A stretch of DNA of 64,000 bases from Bacteriovoracia bacterium. GTDB lineage: Bacteria > Bdellovibrionota > UBA1018 > CAIPTA01. The stretch spans positions 1,152,001 through 1,216,000 of the forward strand of contig JBFWVL010000001.1 of NCBI GenBank assembly GCA_050246755.1, given 5' to 3'. Position 1 is the first letter of the stretch. Every line of letters starts with the position of its first letter. Positions 10,690 to 19,671 of the stretch are shown here, one piece after another. Position numbers and translations under genes: made by a program. The notes under the pieces were generated by a model. It was given only the letters and a program-made list of their open reading frames with translations, was not told where the DNA came from and did no database searches.

Positions 10690-12630
10690 CTATTGAGCTA
10701 TAGGCTCCGCATAGCCCGAAGGAGCGATAATTTGGGGGGTTATGAACACCATTAGCTCATTTTTAGCGCTTTGGTCGGTATTCGTGCGGAAAATTTGCCC
10801 AATGAACGGCAGGTCCTTTAGCACGGGAATTCCCCCCTCAGTTTTGCCGCCGGAGAATTGGTAAACTCCCCCTAGCACTAGGGTAGCGCCATTTTCTACC
10901 AGTACCTCCGTATTGATAGACTTGGTTTCGGTATTCACCCCGGCTGCCGAAGCATTACCCACGATAGAGTCCTTTTTTAAATCGACGGTGAGCAGGATGG
11001 AACCCGAGCTCGTTACCTGTGGGGTAACCGACATATCCAGATTCGCCGTTACGGGAAGAATGGTTCCCGATCCGTTAGCGCCGGCCGAAGTGGGCACGTA
11101 AACCGTCTGACCATCGGAGATCTTGGCGGCCACCTTATTGTTCACGATGATCCGCGGCGAGGCCACGGTCTTGCTAATTTCGTTCGTCTCGGCCAACTTA
11201 AGGGCCGCGGCGAGGTTTCCGTGCTTTCCGGCACCCAACTGAAAGCCAATTCCGATTCCGCTGGTGGGCCCGCTAATAGCGTACGCGGGATTCCCATTCT
11301 CGGTTTCGGCAGCCCCTAGCGAAGTAGATCCACCATTGAATCCAGTTCCAATCCCTGCTCGGCCACTGCCCTGACTCGTGAGTCTTCCCGACCAGTCAAT
11401 GCCCACGTTCTTGCTAAAGCCTTCGCGCGCGATCACCACTTTTGCGTCGATCAATACTTGGGGTAGGGGAACGTCGAGCTCTTTCACTAAACGACGAATC
11501 CGCTCAATGGCATCTTTAGTATTGGTAACGATGAGCGAGTTAGAACGGGTGTCTACCTCAATATGCCCACGCACGAAGTCTTGCACAATTTTCGTCATCG
11601 GCCCGGTGGTCTCACTCCCGGGAGTGGATCCAGGGTTAGCGGCCGCTTTGCTGGCCGCAACGGCGGCCGCGGCTTTGGCTGAAGCTTCGGGTGTATTATT
11701 GGTATTCTGATCCTTCTTTACGAGCAAGGAATCGATCATTTTCGACATTTCCTCGGCCTTCGCAAAGCTAAGAGGAATAACGGCCATGATCACAGGCTCG
11801 AGCTCATCCCCGATGGCGATCTGCTTCAGCTTATCTTCCTGGTCCTTATTATATTTACCCATCGGAATGATCCGGATCACGTTCCCACTGATGATTGCTT
11901 TTAGCGCGGCCTGCTGAATCACGATGTCGAGCAATTGATCCCAAGGAATATCCTTGAGGGAATAGTTCGATTTCGCATTCACGTCGGTGTCAGTGATGAT
12001 ATTGAGTCCGGAGCTCTCGCCCACGAGACGGAAAACGTCGTGCACGTCGGCATTATTGGCCTCGAATGTTACGCGCGAGCCGAAATAAACTTTTTCGGCG
12101 GGCGGGGCATTCAGCACTTCCACCAATTTTTTTGCCACCTCGTCGCCCTTGTCGGAAGCGGATGCACGCAGCTTAAGCTCATCTCTGCGGTCGGAAATGA
12201 CAGGTCCATTCCCCCCCAAGCTGCTCTTGCGACGGATTTCCAGCACGAATCTACCGGGAGTCTCACTCGCCTTCGCGTCCGCAAGCTGGCGAAGCTGAAG
12301 CACAAACTTCGAGATTTGCTTACGGCCGTCGCCCGAGTTGTAGGGGGTTATTTGCTTTACCGGGCCTTCCTTTACGGAAGCGTCAATCGAACGTGTGAGC
12401 GCGGCGGGTAAAGTAAGATTTTCCGCTTCGAGAATCACATTTCCTTTTTGATCGCTCTGGAAAAGGCGGAACGCTGCCTCCCCGGTATAGGAGATCACCA
12501 GAAGACTAAGTTCTTTACCAGCGGTAAAATCTACCTTCTTGATTTGCCCGGTGGCGGCGAAGACGTTGTTAGGCAGGAGGCAGAGGACTAGAAATCCCCA
12601 GCACGCTTTTTTTATCATATTTTTTTTCAT
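10690..12630 (-). CDS. pilQ: Type IV pilus secretin PilQ
   Basis: Signal peptide, AMIN-like N-terminus, N0/N3 domains ('VDTRSNSLIV...LDVPLPQVLIDAKVV') and secretin signature 'GGIPVLKDLPFIGQIFR...ELMVFITPQII'. Confidence 0.95.
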   Translation of the reverse strand: MKKNMIKKACWGFLVLCLLPNNVFAATGQIKKVDFTAGKELSLLVISYTGEAAFRLFQSDQKGNVILEAENLTLPAALTRSIDASVKEGPVKQITPYNSGDGRKQISKFVLQLRQLADAKASETPGRFVLEIRRKSSLGGNGPVISDRRDELKLRASASDKGDEVAKKLVEVLNAPPAEKVYFGSRVTFEANNADVHDVFRLVGESSGLNIITDTDVNAKSNYSLKDIPWDQLLDIVIQQAALKAIISGNVIRIIPMGKYNKDQEDKLKQIAIGDELEPVIMAVIPLSFAKAEEMSKMIDSLLVKKDQNTNNTPEASAKAAAAVAASKAAANPGSTPGSETTGPMTKIVQDFVRGHIEVDTRSNSLIVTNTKDAIERIRRLVKELDVPLPQVLIDAKVVIAREGFSKNVGIDWSGRLTSQGSGRAGIGTGFNGGSTSLGAAETENGNPAYAISGPTSGIGIGFQLGAGKHGNLAAALKLAETNEISKTVASPRIIVNNKVAAKISDGQTVYVPTSAGANGSGTILPVTANLDMSVTPQVTSSGSILLTVDLKKDSIVGNASAAGVNTETKSINTEVLVENGATLVLGGVYQFSGGKTEGGIPVLKDLPFIGQIFRTNTDQSAKNELMVFITPQIIAPSGYAEPIAQ

Positions 12631-12658
12631 AGATTATCCTCCTGATAACGGCTCGCCA

Positions 12659-13129
12659 CTATTTGGCCCCTTCCCCAACGGAAAGCTTAACTTCTGTTTT
12701 ATCGATAAACCCAAGGGGCGAACGCTGGTTCTGCATGACTGTTAATCCGTCCTTAGCGATCTTAGACACTATACCGCTCTTGTTTCCCAGCTTGTCGCGC
12801 TCTTTGATAATCACCACTTTTCCACCTTCGCTGGTAGGCAAGCGCAACAGTGCGCGCGGATACTGCTCCCCCAACAAAACCGCCACTACGGCGTAGGCAT
12901 TTACCGGATAGCGCTCTAGCACGGGAGCCGAAAGCGAGGAGCCATCGGCCTTAGGAACCTCAAAAGGAGGCGGTGCCTCAATGAAGGGATCCTTGCGAAA
13001 AGCCACTCCTGGCACCGTGGATAGCTCCTGTAAAAAATCCTCGATAGAAATTTCTTTTTCGGCCGCCCGTGCGGAACCAGTACAAAAAAGCAAAGGCAGC
13101 ACAACGGCCGCGGCAAAGAATATTCTCAT
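12659..13129 (-). CDS. pilP: Type IV pilus assembly protein PilP
   Basis: 'RKDPF', 'LERYPVNAYAVVAVL', 'GNKSGIVSKI'; position in pilMNOPQ. Confidence 0.85.
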   Translation of the reverse strand: MRIFFAAAVVLPLLFCTGSARAAEKEISIEDFLQELSTVPGVAFRKDPFIEAPPPFEVPKADGSSLSAPVLERYPVNAYAVVAVLLGEQYPRALLRLPTSEGGKVVIIKERDKLGNKSGIVSKIAKDGLTVMQNQRSPLGFIDKTEVKLSVGEGAK

Positions 13130-13803
13130 CGCCCGCCCCTCTTCTTTGGGATGGCAGGAGGTGCAGCGCTGGGAGTCCGGTAACGATAAGTAAGCACCCT
13201 GAGGCTACCGCGGATTCCAGGGTAAGCGGCTCGGCCGCCGGTAAGGCGAGAATTCGCGAATGCGCCTTCCTCTCCTCCCAAAGTCACTAAGGGCCGGGAG
13301 GTATCTTTTTCTATCGAGAGTAAATCTAAGGTGAGCAGCCGCTTCATGTGAGCAAGCCGGTCTACAAAAATGAAAAACTGTAAAAACGTGCCCTTCGCTT
13401 CGATATTAAATCCAAGCGAATTGTACAGCTCTTGGGTGACCTCTTTTTCATCGGAACGAATCATCGTTACTTCGATCTCCAACTGCTTGGCTTCTTTCAG
13501 CAAATCGGAAAGAAGGTCTGGAAGAAAAAATTGCCTGGGCAAGGCTCCTTGCTGCCGCTGCACTTCCCCCGTTAAATCGGAAAACTTTTTCTTTTTGGCT
13601 TCAAATTGATGCTCAAATTCTTTGGCTTCTTTGACTTTTTTCTCGAGATTCGCAATCTCAACTCCCGCGAAACTCACACCCTGCTCACGGGTCTCGATCT
13701 CGGAAGAGTCCTGCGTGAAATAGAAAAAGAGCGCCGCCGCGGCGATCGCGAGCGCCACGTGACTCCATTGAAGCTTTTCTAAGAGCGCCTTAAACCGATC
13801 CAT
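13126..13803 (-). CDS. pilO: Type IV pilus assembly protein PilO
   Basis: TM, coiled coil, 'LP...LPDLLSDL', 'GTFLQFFIFVDRLAHMKRLL'; operon position. Confidence 0.9.
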   Translation of the reverse strand: MDRFKALLEKLQWSHVALAIAAAALFFYFTQDSSEIETREQGVSFAGVEIANLEKKVKEAKEFEHQFEAKKKKFSDLTGEVQRQQGALPRQFFLPDLLSDLLKEAKQLEIEVTMIRSDEKEVTQELYNSLGFNIEAKGTFLQFFIFVDRLAHMKRLLTLDLLSIEKDTSRPLVTLGGEEGAFANSRLTGGRAAYPGIRGSLRVLTYRYRTPSAAPPAIPKKRGGR

Positions 13804-14459
13804 CAGGATTCTTCCGCTCCCTTCACCGAAAACTCTAGATCGAAACTCTTGATTCTCTGAAGTTGCTCCGCCACTCCGGGAACCTTTACCTTTGCCGGCT
13901 CAGTTTGAATCCCGCGAAAAATCACGTCTTTGAATTGCGCCATCTCAGTAATCGATTTTACGAAATCGTTGATCGGGAAATACTCCCAGCAAGAACCGCC
14001 GATCCGCATTTGGCGGCGATTGAAAGTAATGCTGTTTATCCAAACTTTTCCGGGAAGCAGAGAAACAATGCTATCCAGCGTGCGGAAAGCCAGGCCACGG
14101 TCTTTCTGGAGAGCCGCAATCGCGTTTAATTGCCGGTTAAGCTCGGATTCACCCTTATTCAGCTCCTCCATCTGCCGGCGCAAATCTTTTTTCGCGGCGA
14201 GTTCTTTCCCCAAAACTTCCGACTTCGCATTGAGCACGGCGAGCTGGGAGTCAAGGGCCTTAACCCTCTCTTCGTGCAAATAGGTGGGAATATAATTCGC
14301 GAGATACACCCCAACCAACAAAATCGCCAGCCGCACCAAATGCGGCCGCATTTCCTGGAGATCGTTCGGAGTAACACCAAGCTTAGCGAGCTTTTCGTCG
14401 AGCCCAAATGGGACTTTCTGGGCTGATTTCTTTTTACCGAGAAGGTTAATTTTAATCAT
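13803..14459 (-). CDS. pilN: Type IV pilus assembly protein PilN
   Basis: Starts 'MIKINLL' (PilM-binding motif; start moved to 14459), then TM, coiled coil and 'LPGKVWINSI'. Confidence 0.92.
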   Translation of the reverse strand: MIKINLLGKKKSAQKVPFGLDEKLAKLGVTPNDLQEMRPHLVRLAILLVGVYLANYIPTYLHEERVKALDSQLAVLNAKSEVLGKELAAKKDLRRQMEELNKGESELNRQLNAIAALQKDRGLAFRTLDSIVSLLPGKVWINSITFNRRQMRIGGSCWEYFPINDFVKSITEMAQFKDVIFRGIQTEPAKVKVPGVAEQLQRIKSFDLEFSVKGAEES

Positions 14460-14466
14460 CGTCTGC

Positions 14467-15519
14467 CTACTTCTCGTTCCGCAGGGCAATACCGAGCGGC
14501 ACTACCGCGCTCGAGCTGATTGCTGTGAGGAACTCCTCGTTAAATTGCCGTCCAGAGCAAGCCACCTTAGTAAAGGGGTTTATATACTCAATGGGGAGGC
14601 CAAGAATTTCGGAAAGCATGTTCGAAAAACCAGGAATTCGGCTCGCGCCGCCGCAGAGAAACACGGAGGTTACGGGAATCTGGATCGGCGAAGCGGCATA
14701 GAAATCCAAGCTGCGCCGGATTTCCAAAGAAATATTCTCTGAAATAGCATTCACCAGGGGCAGCACTTCTTCGGGTATTTGACCGGTGGTGCAGGCGTCG
14801 ATTTTCAGGACTTCGGCTTCCTGAAAAGAAATGCCGAGTTTGTTCTGAATTTCCTGCGTGAGATTTTTTCCGCCCACGGCCACGTCGCGCGTGAAGAGCG
14901 TGGTCGAATTACTCACGATATTAATTTTCGTAAGGCTGGCCCCAATATCCACGAGAATCACCGCGTTGTCCGGCGTCATATCGTAGTTCTGCCAAAAAAT
15001 ATTCGCGAGCGCGATCACGTCCACGTCGAGCACGTCAGGCACCAGGCCCGCTTCTTTAACGGTAGCCAGTCTTTTCTCAATGAAATCTTTTTTAGCAGCC
15101 ACCAGCAAAACATCCATTTTGCCTTCGCCGTTGTCTTCGCTCACCACTTCGAAATCGAGGCTAATTTCCTTCATGTCGAAGGGAATATATTGCTCGGCTT
15201 CCCAGTAAACTTGGTCTTCAAGCTCGCGGGGATTGGTCTTGGGGATCGCAATATGCTTAATGATCACCGACGAGCCGGCTACCGAAGTAGCCACTAAATC
15301 TGTGCGCACGCCGGCTTCCTTAACCAAGGATTTAATGGCTTCCACTACCGCGGCATGATTTACGATCTCGCCATCCACGATAGTATCTTCGGGCAAAGCG
15401 ATGCTGGAGAAGCTGCGAACCACCCAACCGGTGCGCTTCTTTTCGGCTTCTACAAGTTTTATTGCGCTCGACCCAATGTCGATGGCGAAAATGGGCTTCG
15501 AGCCCAATCCAAACAGCAT
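14467..15519 (-). CDS. pilM: Type IV pilus assembly actin-like protein PilM
   Basis: 'AIDIGSSAIKLVE', 'WEAEQYIPF', 'VDIGASLT', 'LCGGASRIPG'; start at 15519 follows a GGAGGGG SD. Confidence 0.95.
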   Translation of the reverse strand: MLFGLGSKPIFAIDIGSSAIKLVEAEKKRTGWVVRSFSSIALPEDTIVDGEIVNHAAVVEAIKSLVKEAGVRTDLVATSVAGSSVIIKHIAIPKTNPRELEDQVYWEAEQYIPFDMKEISLDFEVVSEDNGEGKMDVLLVAAKKDFIEKRLATVKEAGLVPDVLDVDVIALANIFWQNYDMTPDNAVILVDIGASLTKINIVSNSTTLFTRDVAVGGKNLTQEIQNKLGISFQEAEVLKIDACTTGQIPEEVLPLVNAISENISLEIRRSLDFYAASPIQIPVTSVFLCGGASRIPGFSNMLSEILGLPIEYINPFTKVACSGRQFNEEFLTAISSSAVVPLGIALRNEK

Positions 15520-15742
15520 GGTTCCCCTCCATAGGGACCTAATCAAAAATCCTTTTTCCGCGAGCTAACTTACCTTAATTGTAGCTGTGCGTCGGGCCAC
15601 GTCAAGGGAAGGCCGTGTAAACCACGCTTATACTTCAATAAAATCAGTATATTTCTTTGCGCTCCGTTTCATCGAATTAGGAGCAGACGTGCGAAAAATT
15701 TTCGCGCGGAATGAAAAATGGAAACGGAAACAGGTAAAAGGC

Positions 15743-16579
15743 CTAGAAGCTGTCGGAGTCGTCTTCGAATTCACCGCGGCCACCACCAGTGCGCACGCCT
15801 TCTACTGCGCCCTCGAGCTCTTCGTCACCGCCAGCATCGTCGTCTACGGAATCCAGTTCAAGATCTACTACTACCTTCGACCAGTCTTTTTCTGAAGCCA
15901 GATCTTGGCGAATCACATCGAGATATTTATCGGGATATTTGCTTACTAATTCTTCTACGTAGTTATTGAGCTGTCCGCTGGCAAGGATCGCTTCTTTGCG
16001 CTTAATTTTGCGCCAGTTCTTGATGTAATGCATACGGCAGAAGCCCGTAAGGATAAAATCGTGCTCGCAACCCGGCTCGCGGCAGCGGCGCTTGGCGGCA
16101 GCCAGGCTTTCGGCGGACTTTTTCTGCTTCTTACTTTCGCGGCCGAGCAGAGCTACCCCTTTGGGAGCGGGTACTTCCAGAATCACTTCGGCTTTCCCTT
16201 TGGCGCCTTTAGCGGCAGTGGGCACAGCCGACTTGCCGGCGATAGCCTTGGTTTTTTCGGAGGTAGCCGATACCGCCGCAGATTTCTTATCTTTCGCAAC
16301 CGGAACAGATTTCTTAGCGGCTGCAGCTGGCGCCACCTTCCCTTTAACCGAAGTAGGGGCCGCTTTTTTATCGGCCGCCTTGGCTTTCGCGGGGGCTGTT
16401 TTCGCCGTCACGGCCTTTTTCGCGGGAACTGGCTTCTTGGCGATAGCCGAAGTAACTTTTTTGGCCACTACCTTAGCGGCTTTTTTCAAAACCGAGGCCA
16501 CGGCTGGCGTGCTTTTGTGCGCCTTGGCAGATTTTGTGGGTTTTGCAGATTTTGCCTTTTTCGTATTTTTCTGGGGCAT
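15743..16579 (-). CDS. Lys/Ala-rich histone-H1-like protein with a C-terminal Cys/His domain and acidic tail
   Basis: About 160 aa of K/A/P low-complexity sequence, then 'CREPGCEHDFILTGFCRMHY', a helical region and a D/E-rich end. Confidence 0.7.
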   Translation of the reverse strand: MPQKNTKKAKSAKPTKSAKAHKSTPAVASVLKKAAKVVAKKVTSAIAKKPVPAKKAVTAKTAPAKAKAADKKAAPTSVKGKVAPAAAAKKSVPVAKDKKSAAVSATSEKTKAIAGKSAVPTAAKGAKGKAEVILEVPAPKGVALLGRESKKQKKSAESLAAAKRRCREPGCEHDFILTGFCRMHYIKNWRKIKRKEAILASGQLNNYVEELVSKYPDKYLDVIRQDLASEKDWSKVVVDLELDSVDDDAGGDEELEGAVEGVRTGGGRGEFEDDSDSF

Positions 16580-16673
16580 TGATCTCTCTTAACGGAAGTC
16601 GCGCGCCGAGGCAAGCTAGCAAGCCAAGGGAACCACCAGAAGCCGCTTATTTTCGCAAGTTTGCGCTAGAAGC

Positions 16674-17015
16674 TCAGGCTTCGCACATGGCGGCGCTAAG
16701 GGTGGTTACCGTACAGCGCCAAAGCTTGCCTTCAGGTGGATAGGGATGATCAGTATTGTCTAAACGTTTGCGACCCCCTGCATGGTGATAAAGCCGGCAA
16801 TGCATTTCAAAAGCTTCTTTTTCCCAAGGAACCTGCACCCATTGAAAATGCGTATATCCCTTGGTGAGCTGTTCCCCCAAACGGAGGCGAAGATCATCAT
16901 CGGCACGGCCAACATAGGCTATATTCGAGCCTCCACGAGAAAGCTGAAATATGCCGAGAATGCCTTCCGGCACGCGGTTTACGTTTTCTTGGGTAAAATC
17001 TGTCCATGGACTCAT
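16674..17015 (-). CDS. Small GIY-YIG-superfamily-like protein
   Basis: 'VPEGILGIFQL...AYVGRADDDLRLRL...EAFEMHCRLYH...LDNTDHP' follows the GIY...YIG...R...N layout. Confidence 0.65.
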   Translation of the reverse strand: MSPWTDFTQENVNRVPEGILGIFQLSRGGSNIAYVGRADDDLRLRLGEQLTKGYTHFQWVQVPWEKEAFEMHCRLYHHAGGRKRLDNTDHPYPPEGKLWRCTVTTLSAAMCEA

Positions 17016-17361
17016 GCCCCTAATTTATACAGAAATCATTAGGGATTCCAAGCACATTAGGGGGAGTTTTGCTCCCTGCCACGCTACACACAGCGCAAAA
17101 ACGATGATGCCGCCTAGCCTCGGTAAAGAGCTTCCGCTTGCCGCGCTCCTTACCGAGTGTTATTCCTGATATATAGGTTGCTGCTTTGGATGTGCGACCT
17201 TACCTCTCCTCGATGGGAAATTAGGTCTCGAGAAGGGAGGTAAATAGCGGGCGCTGGGCGCCTGCACCAATAGAAAATGTACCGACGAAATAGGGCTCCC
17301 CGCCCTTATTGTGCCCGCCCGCATCCAGCGCGCGCCCTCGCCGGAAGAAAAAGGAATCTCA

Positions 17362-19671
17362 GTGATCGACAAAGCACTTATTGACCCCAATGCCCTTCAT
17401 TTTTATCGCCAATTGAAGGAAGCCGGGTTTTCCGCCTATTTTGTGGGCGGAAGCGTACGCGACCTTTTGCTAGGCAAAGGCCCCAAAGACTTCGATATCG
17501 CCACCAACGCCACTCCCCACCAAATCAAACGCATCATTCCCCAAGGCCGAATTATCGGCCGGCGTTTTCGACACGTGATGCTAGAGCGTGGTGGCGAGCG
17601 CTACGAAATTGTTACCTTCCGCGGCCCCGTTCAGCAAAATGAAGAACCCGAGCTCGAAGATGAAACGGCAGAAAATCAGCCCATTGAAGGCGAAGAAGCT
17701 AGCCCTCCCCCCGCGAATACCGGCCCGCGCCGTTACCCCGATTTGAATCAATTCGGCACCGCTGAACAAGATGCCCTCCGCCGCGATTTCACTATCAACG
17801 CGCTATTTTACGATCCGGACGTGGATGAGCTCGTGGACTACGTTCAAGGCAAATTGGATATCGATCGTAAATTAATCCGGTCTATCGGCGAGTCGATGCA
17901 GAGAATGGAAGAGGATCCCATTCGCATCCTGCGCGCCATTCGTCACAAAATGAAGCTCGGCCTGGAATACGATGCCGCCCTCGAGGCAGCAATGCGCGAA
18001 AAGGCTCCCTTGCTCGAGGAAACGTCTAAGGACCGCATCCGTGAAGAATTTCTGAAGGTTTGTAACGATCATTCCTTGGGAGATTTTCTTACCGAATCGC
18101 GGCGCATGAACCTTACCGGGCACATAATGCCCTGGTTTGAAGGAATTTCAGAAGATCTCTGGCAGTCCGGAGTGCGCCTCTGGGAAAAATTCGCAAAATC
18201 AGAAGTTCCGGAACGCGTTTCCTCCGATGTGGGGCTTGCGCTCATGATGGTGCCCCTGATCGGCCCCTTGGTACTCGAGCCCTACAAAGAAGGGTTGCCC
18301 GAGGGCGAAAAGAATTTCCTACCGGACATGAAATACTTCCTCAGCTGCGAGACACTGAGAAATTATTATCTGCGCAATTTGCGCATCTCCCGCGCACAGA
18401 CCGACCACGTGGTTCGAGCACTGTTTTACTACAGCCGCATGACCGGCCTCTGGCTGGAACAAGGCCCACCCCGACGAATTATCGGCAAACTATTCCAGCA
18501 CCCCCCCGCCCTGCTCGCCGCTAAAATGGCATTGCTTGCCTTGGAGCTGGATGAAAAAGATGCACCGGACTGGATGAAGGAGCTCGCCGCGTTTGATCCA
18601 CGCTCCCGCCGTGGCGGACGCGAAGAAGGTAGCTTTGATCGTGGAGACCGTGGACGAGATCGCGGGAGAGGCCGTGATCGCGGCCACCGCCGGTCCGAAG
18701 AAGGCGATGTTCCCGAAGAGATGGACGAGAACGGCATGCCTCCCGAGCCGCGCCAGTCCGCCGAAGGTGAAAGCGAAGAACGCCCCGACGAGCAACCACG
18801 AGAGAGAGAGCGCGAACACCGCGCGCCTCGTTCCATGCGGCTTCCCCCTCCCGATGCTCCCCTGGTCTGGAACGGTCCGCTGCATGCGCCGGTACTTCGG
18901 CCGGCCTTCTCGGAAGAAGCAACCATTCGCTGGGCCAGAAAAAATCAAACGGTTCGGGCTTACCGTCCTTCCGGAATTCCCAACTCGCCCACGGATCATT
19001 CGCTCTTGAAATCAAATTCTGTCTATAACTATAAGCCGGAAATTGAAGCGGCTACCCCACGCTCCCCCGATGAGCCAGGCGAGCGTGGCGGTGGAGAGCG
19101 CGGCAGAGATCGCGGTGGGCGCGGACGAGATCGTGATCGCGGCGGACGCGGCGAAAAACGTCGCGGCGGCAGGGATCGAGACCGTCAGCCTCAGGCCCGC
19201 GGCCCGCGGCCGGAACCAGGAAATGAATTGAGCGGAGAAGAACGTCATTCTTCTCCCGAACAGCCGATGTCGAATGGCGATTACCCACCGAACAATCAGT
19301 CTCGGTCCTATCCCGACGAAGATTCCATCGGCAATACTTTACGGCCGGGAGAAAGACCGGCGGCGCTCAGCGATATCAACGACAATGGATACAGCGACGA
19401 CAACGAAGATATCGACGATAATATCGGCAACCGGCTCGATGGTCCCCCCACCTCTGGCCATATCGGCATGAACGGTGAAGGCGCCCCCGGCCCTCGCGGC
19501 GGCATAAATAGCCGCGGCGGCCGCCCCCCTAACGCCCGCGGCGGCGGAAATCGTCGGCGCGGAGGCAGAAGCCGGCGTGGTGGACGCGGAGGCCGAGGCG
19601 GTCCCGCTGGTCCTGGCGGAGGAGGCAGCGGAAATCGCGGCCCTTCTCGGCCCCCATTCGATAATCGATGA
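17362..19671 (+). CDS. pcnB: Poly(A) polymerase I with a long disordered RG/RD-rich C-terminal extension
   Basis: 'VGGSVRDLLLGKGPKDFDIAT', PAP-specific 'IIGRRF', 'DALRRDFTINALFYD', 'EEDPIRILRA'. The start is placed at GTG 17362, after AAGGA. Confidence 0.9.
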   Translation: MIDKALIDPNALHFYRQLKEAGFSAYFVGGSVRDLLLGKGPKDFDIATNATPHQIKRIIPQGRIIGRRFRHVMLERGGERYEIVTFRGPVQQNEEPELEDETAENQPIEGEEASPPPANTGPRRYPDLNQFGTAEQDALRRDFTINALFYDPDVDELVDYVQGKLDIDRKLIRSIGESMQRMEEDPIRILRAIRHKMKLGLEYDAALEAAMREKAPLLEETSKDRIREEFLKVCNDHSLGDFLTESRRMNLTGHIMPWFEGISEDLWQSGVRLWEKFAKSEVPERVSSDVGLALMMVPLIGPLVLEPYKEGLPEGEKNFLPDMKYFLSCETLRNYYLRNLRISRAQTDHVVRALFYYSRMTGLWLEQGPPRRIIGKLFQHPPALLAAKMALLALELDEKDAPDWMKELAAFDPRSRRGGREEGSFDRGDRGRDRGRGRDRGHRRSEEGDVPEEMDENGMPPEPRQSAEGESEERPDEQPREREREHRAPRSMRLPPPDAPLVWNGPLHAPVLRPAFSEEATIRWARKNQTVRAYRPSGIPNSPTDHSLLKSNSVYNYKPEIEAATPRSPDEPGERGGGERGRDRGGRGRDRDRGGRGEKRRGGRDRDRQPQARGPRPEPGNELSGEERHSSPEQPMSNGDYPPNNQSRSYPDEDSIGNTLRPGERPAALSDINDNGYSDDNEDIDDNIGNRLDGPPTSGHIGMNGEGAPGPRGGINSRGGRPPNARGGGNRRRGGRSRRGGRGGRGGPAGPGGGGSGNRGPSRPPFDNR

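Noticed and set aside
16028-16592. Two plus-strand ORFs (184 and 166 aa)
   Set aside because: Antisense reading of the low-complexity Lys/Ala-rich gene.
17190-17243. 17-codon ORF (MCDLTSPRWEIRSREGR) in the pcnB leader as an attenuator peptide
   Set aside because: No convincing SD, no run of regulatory codons and no U-tract terminator; RNA structure explains the region better.
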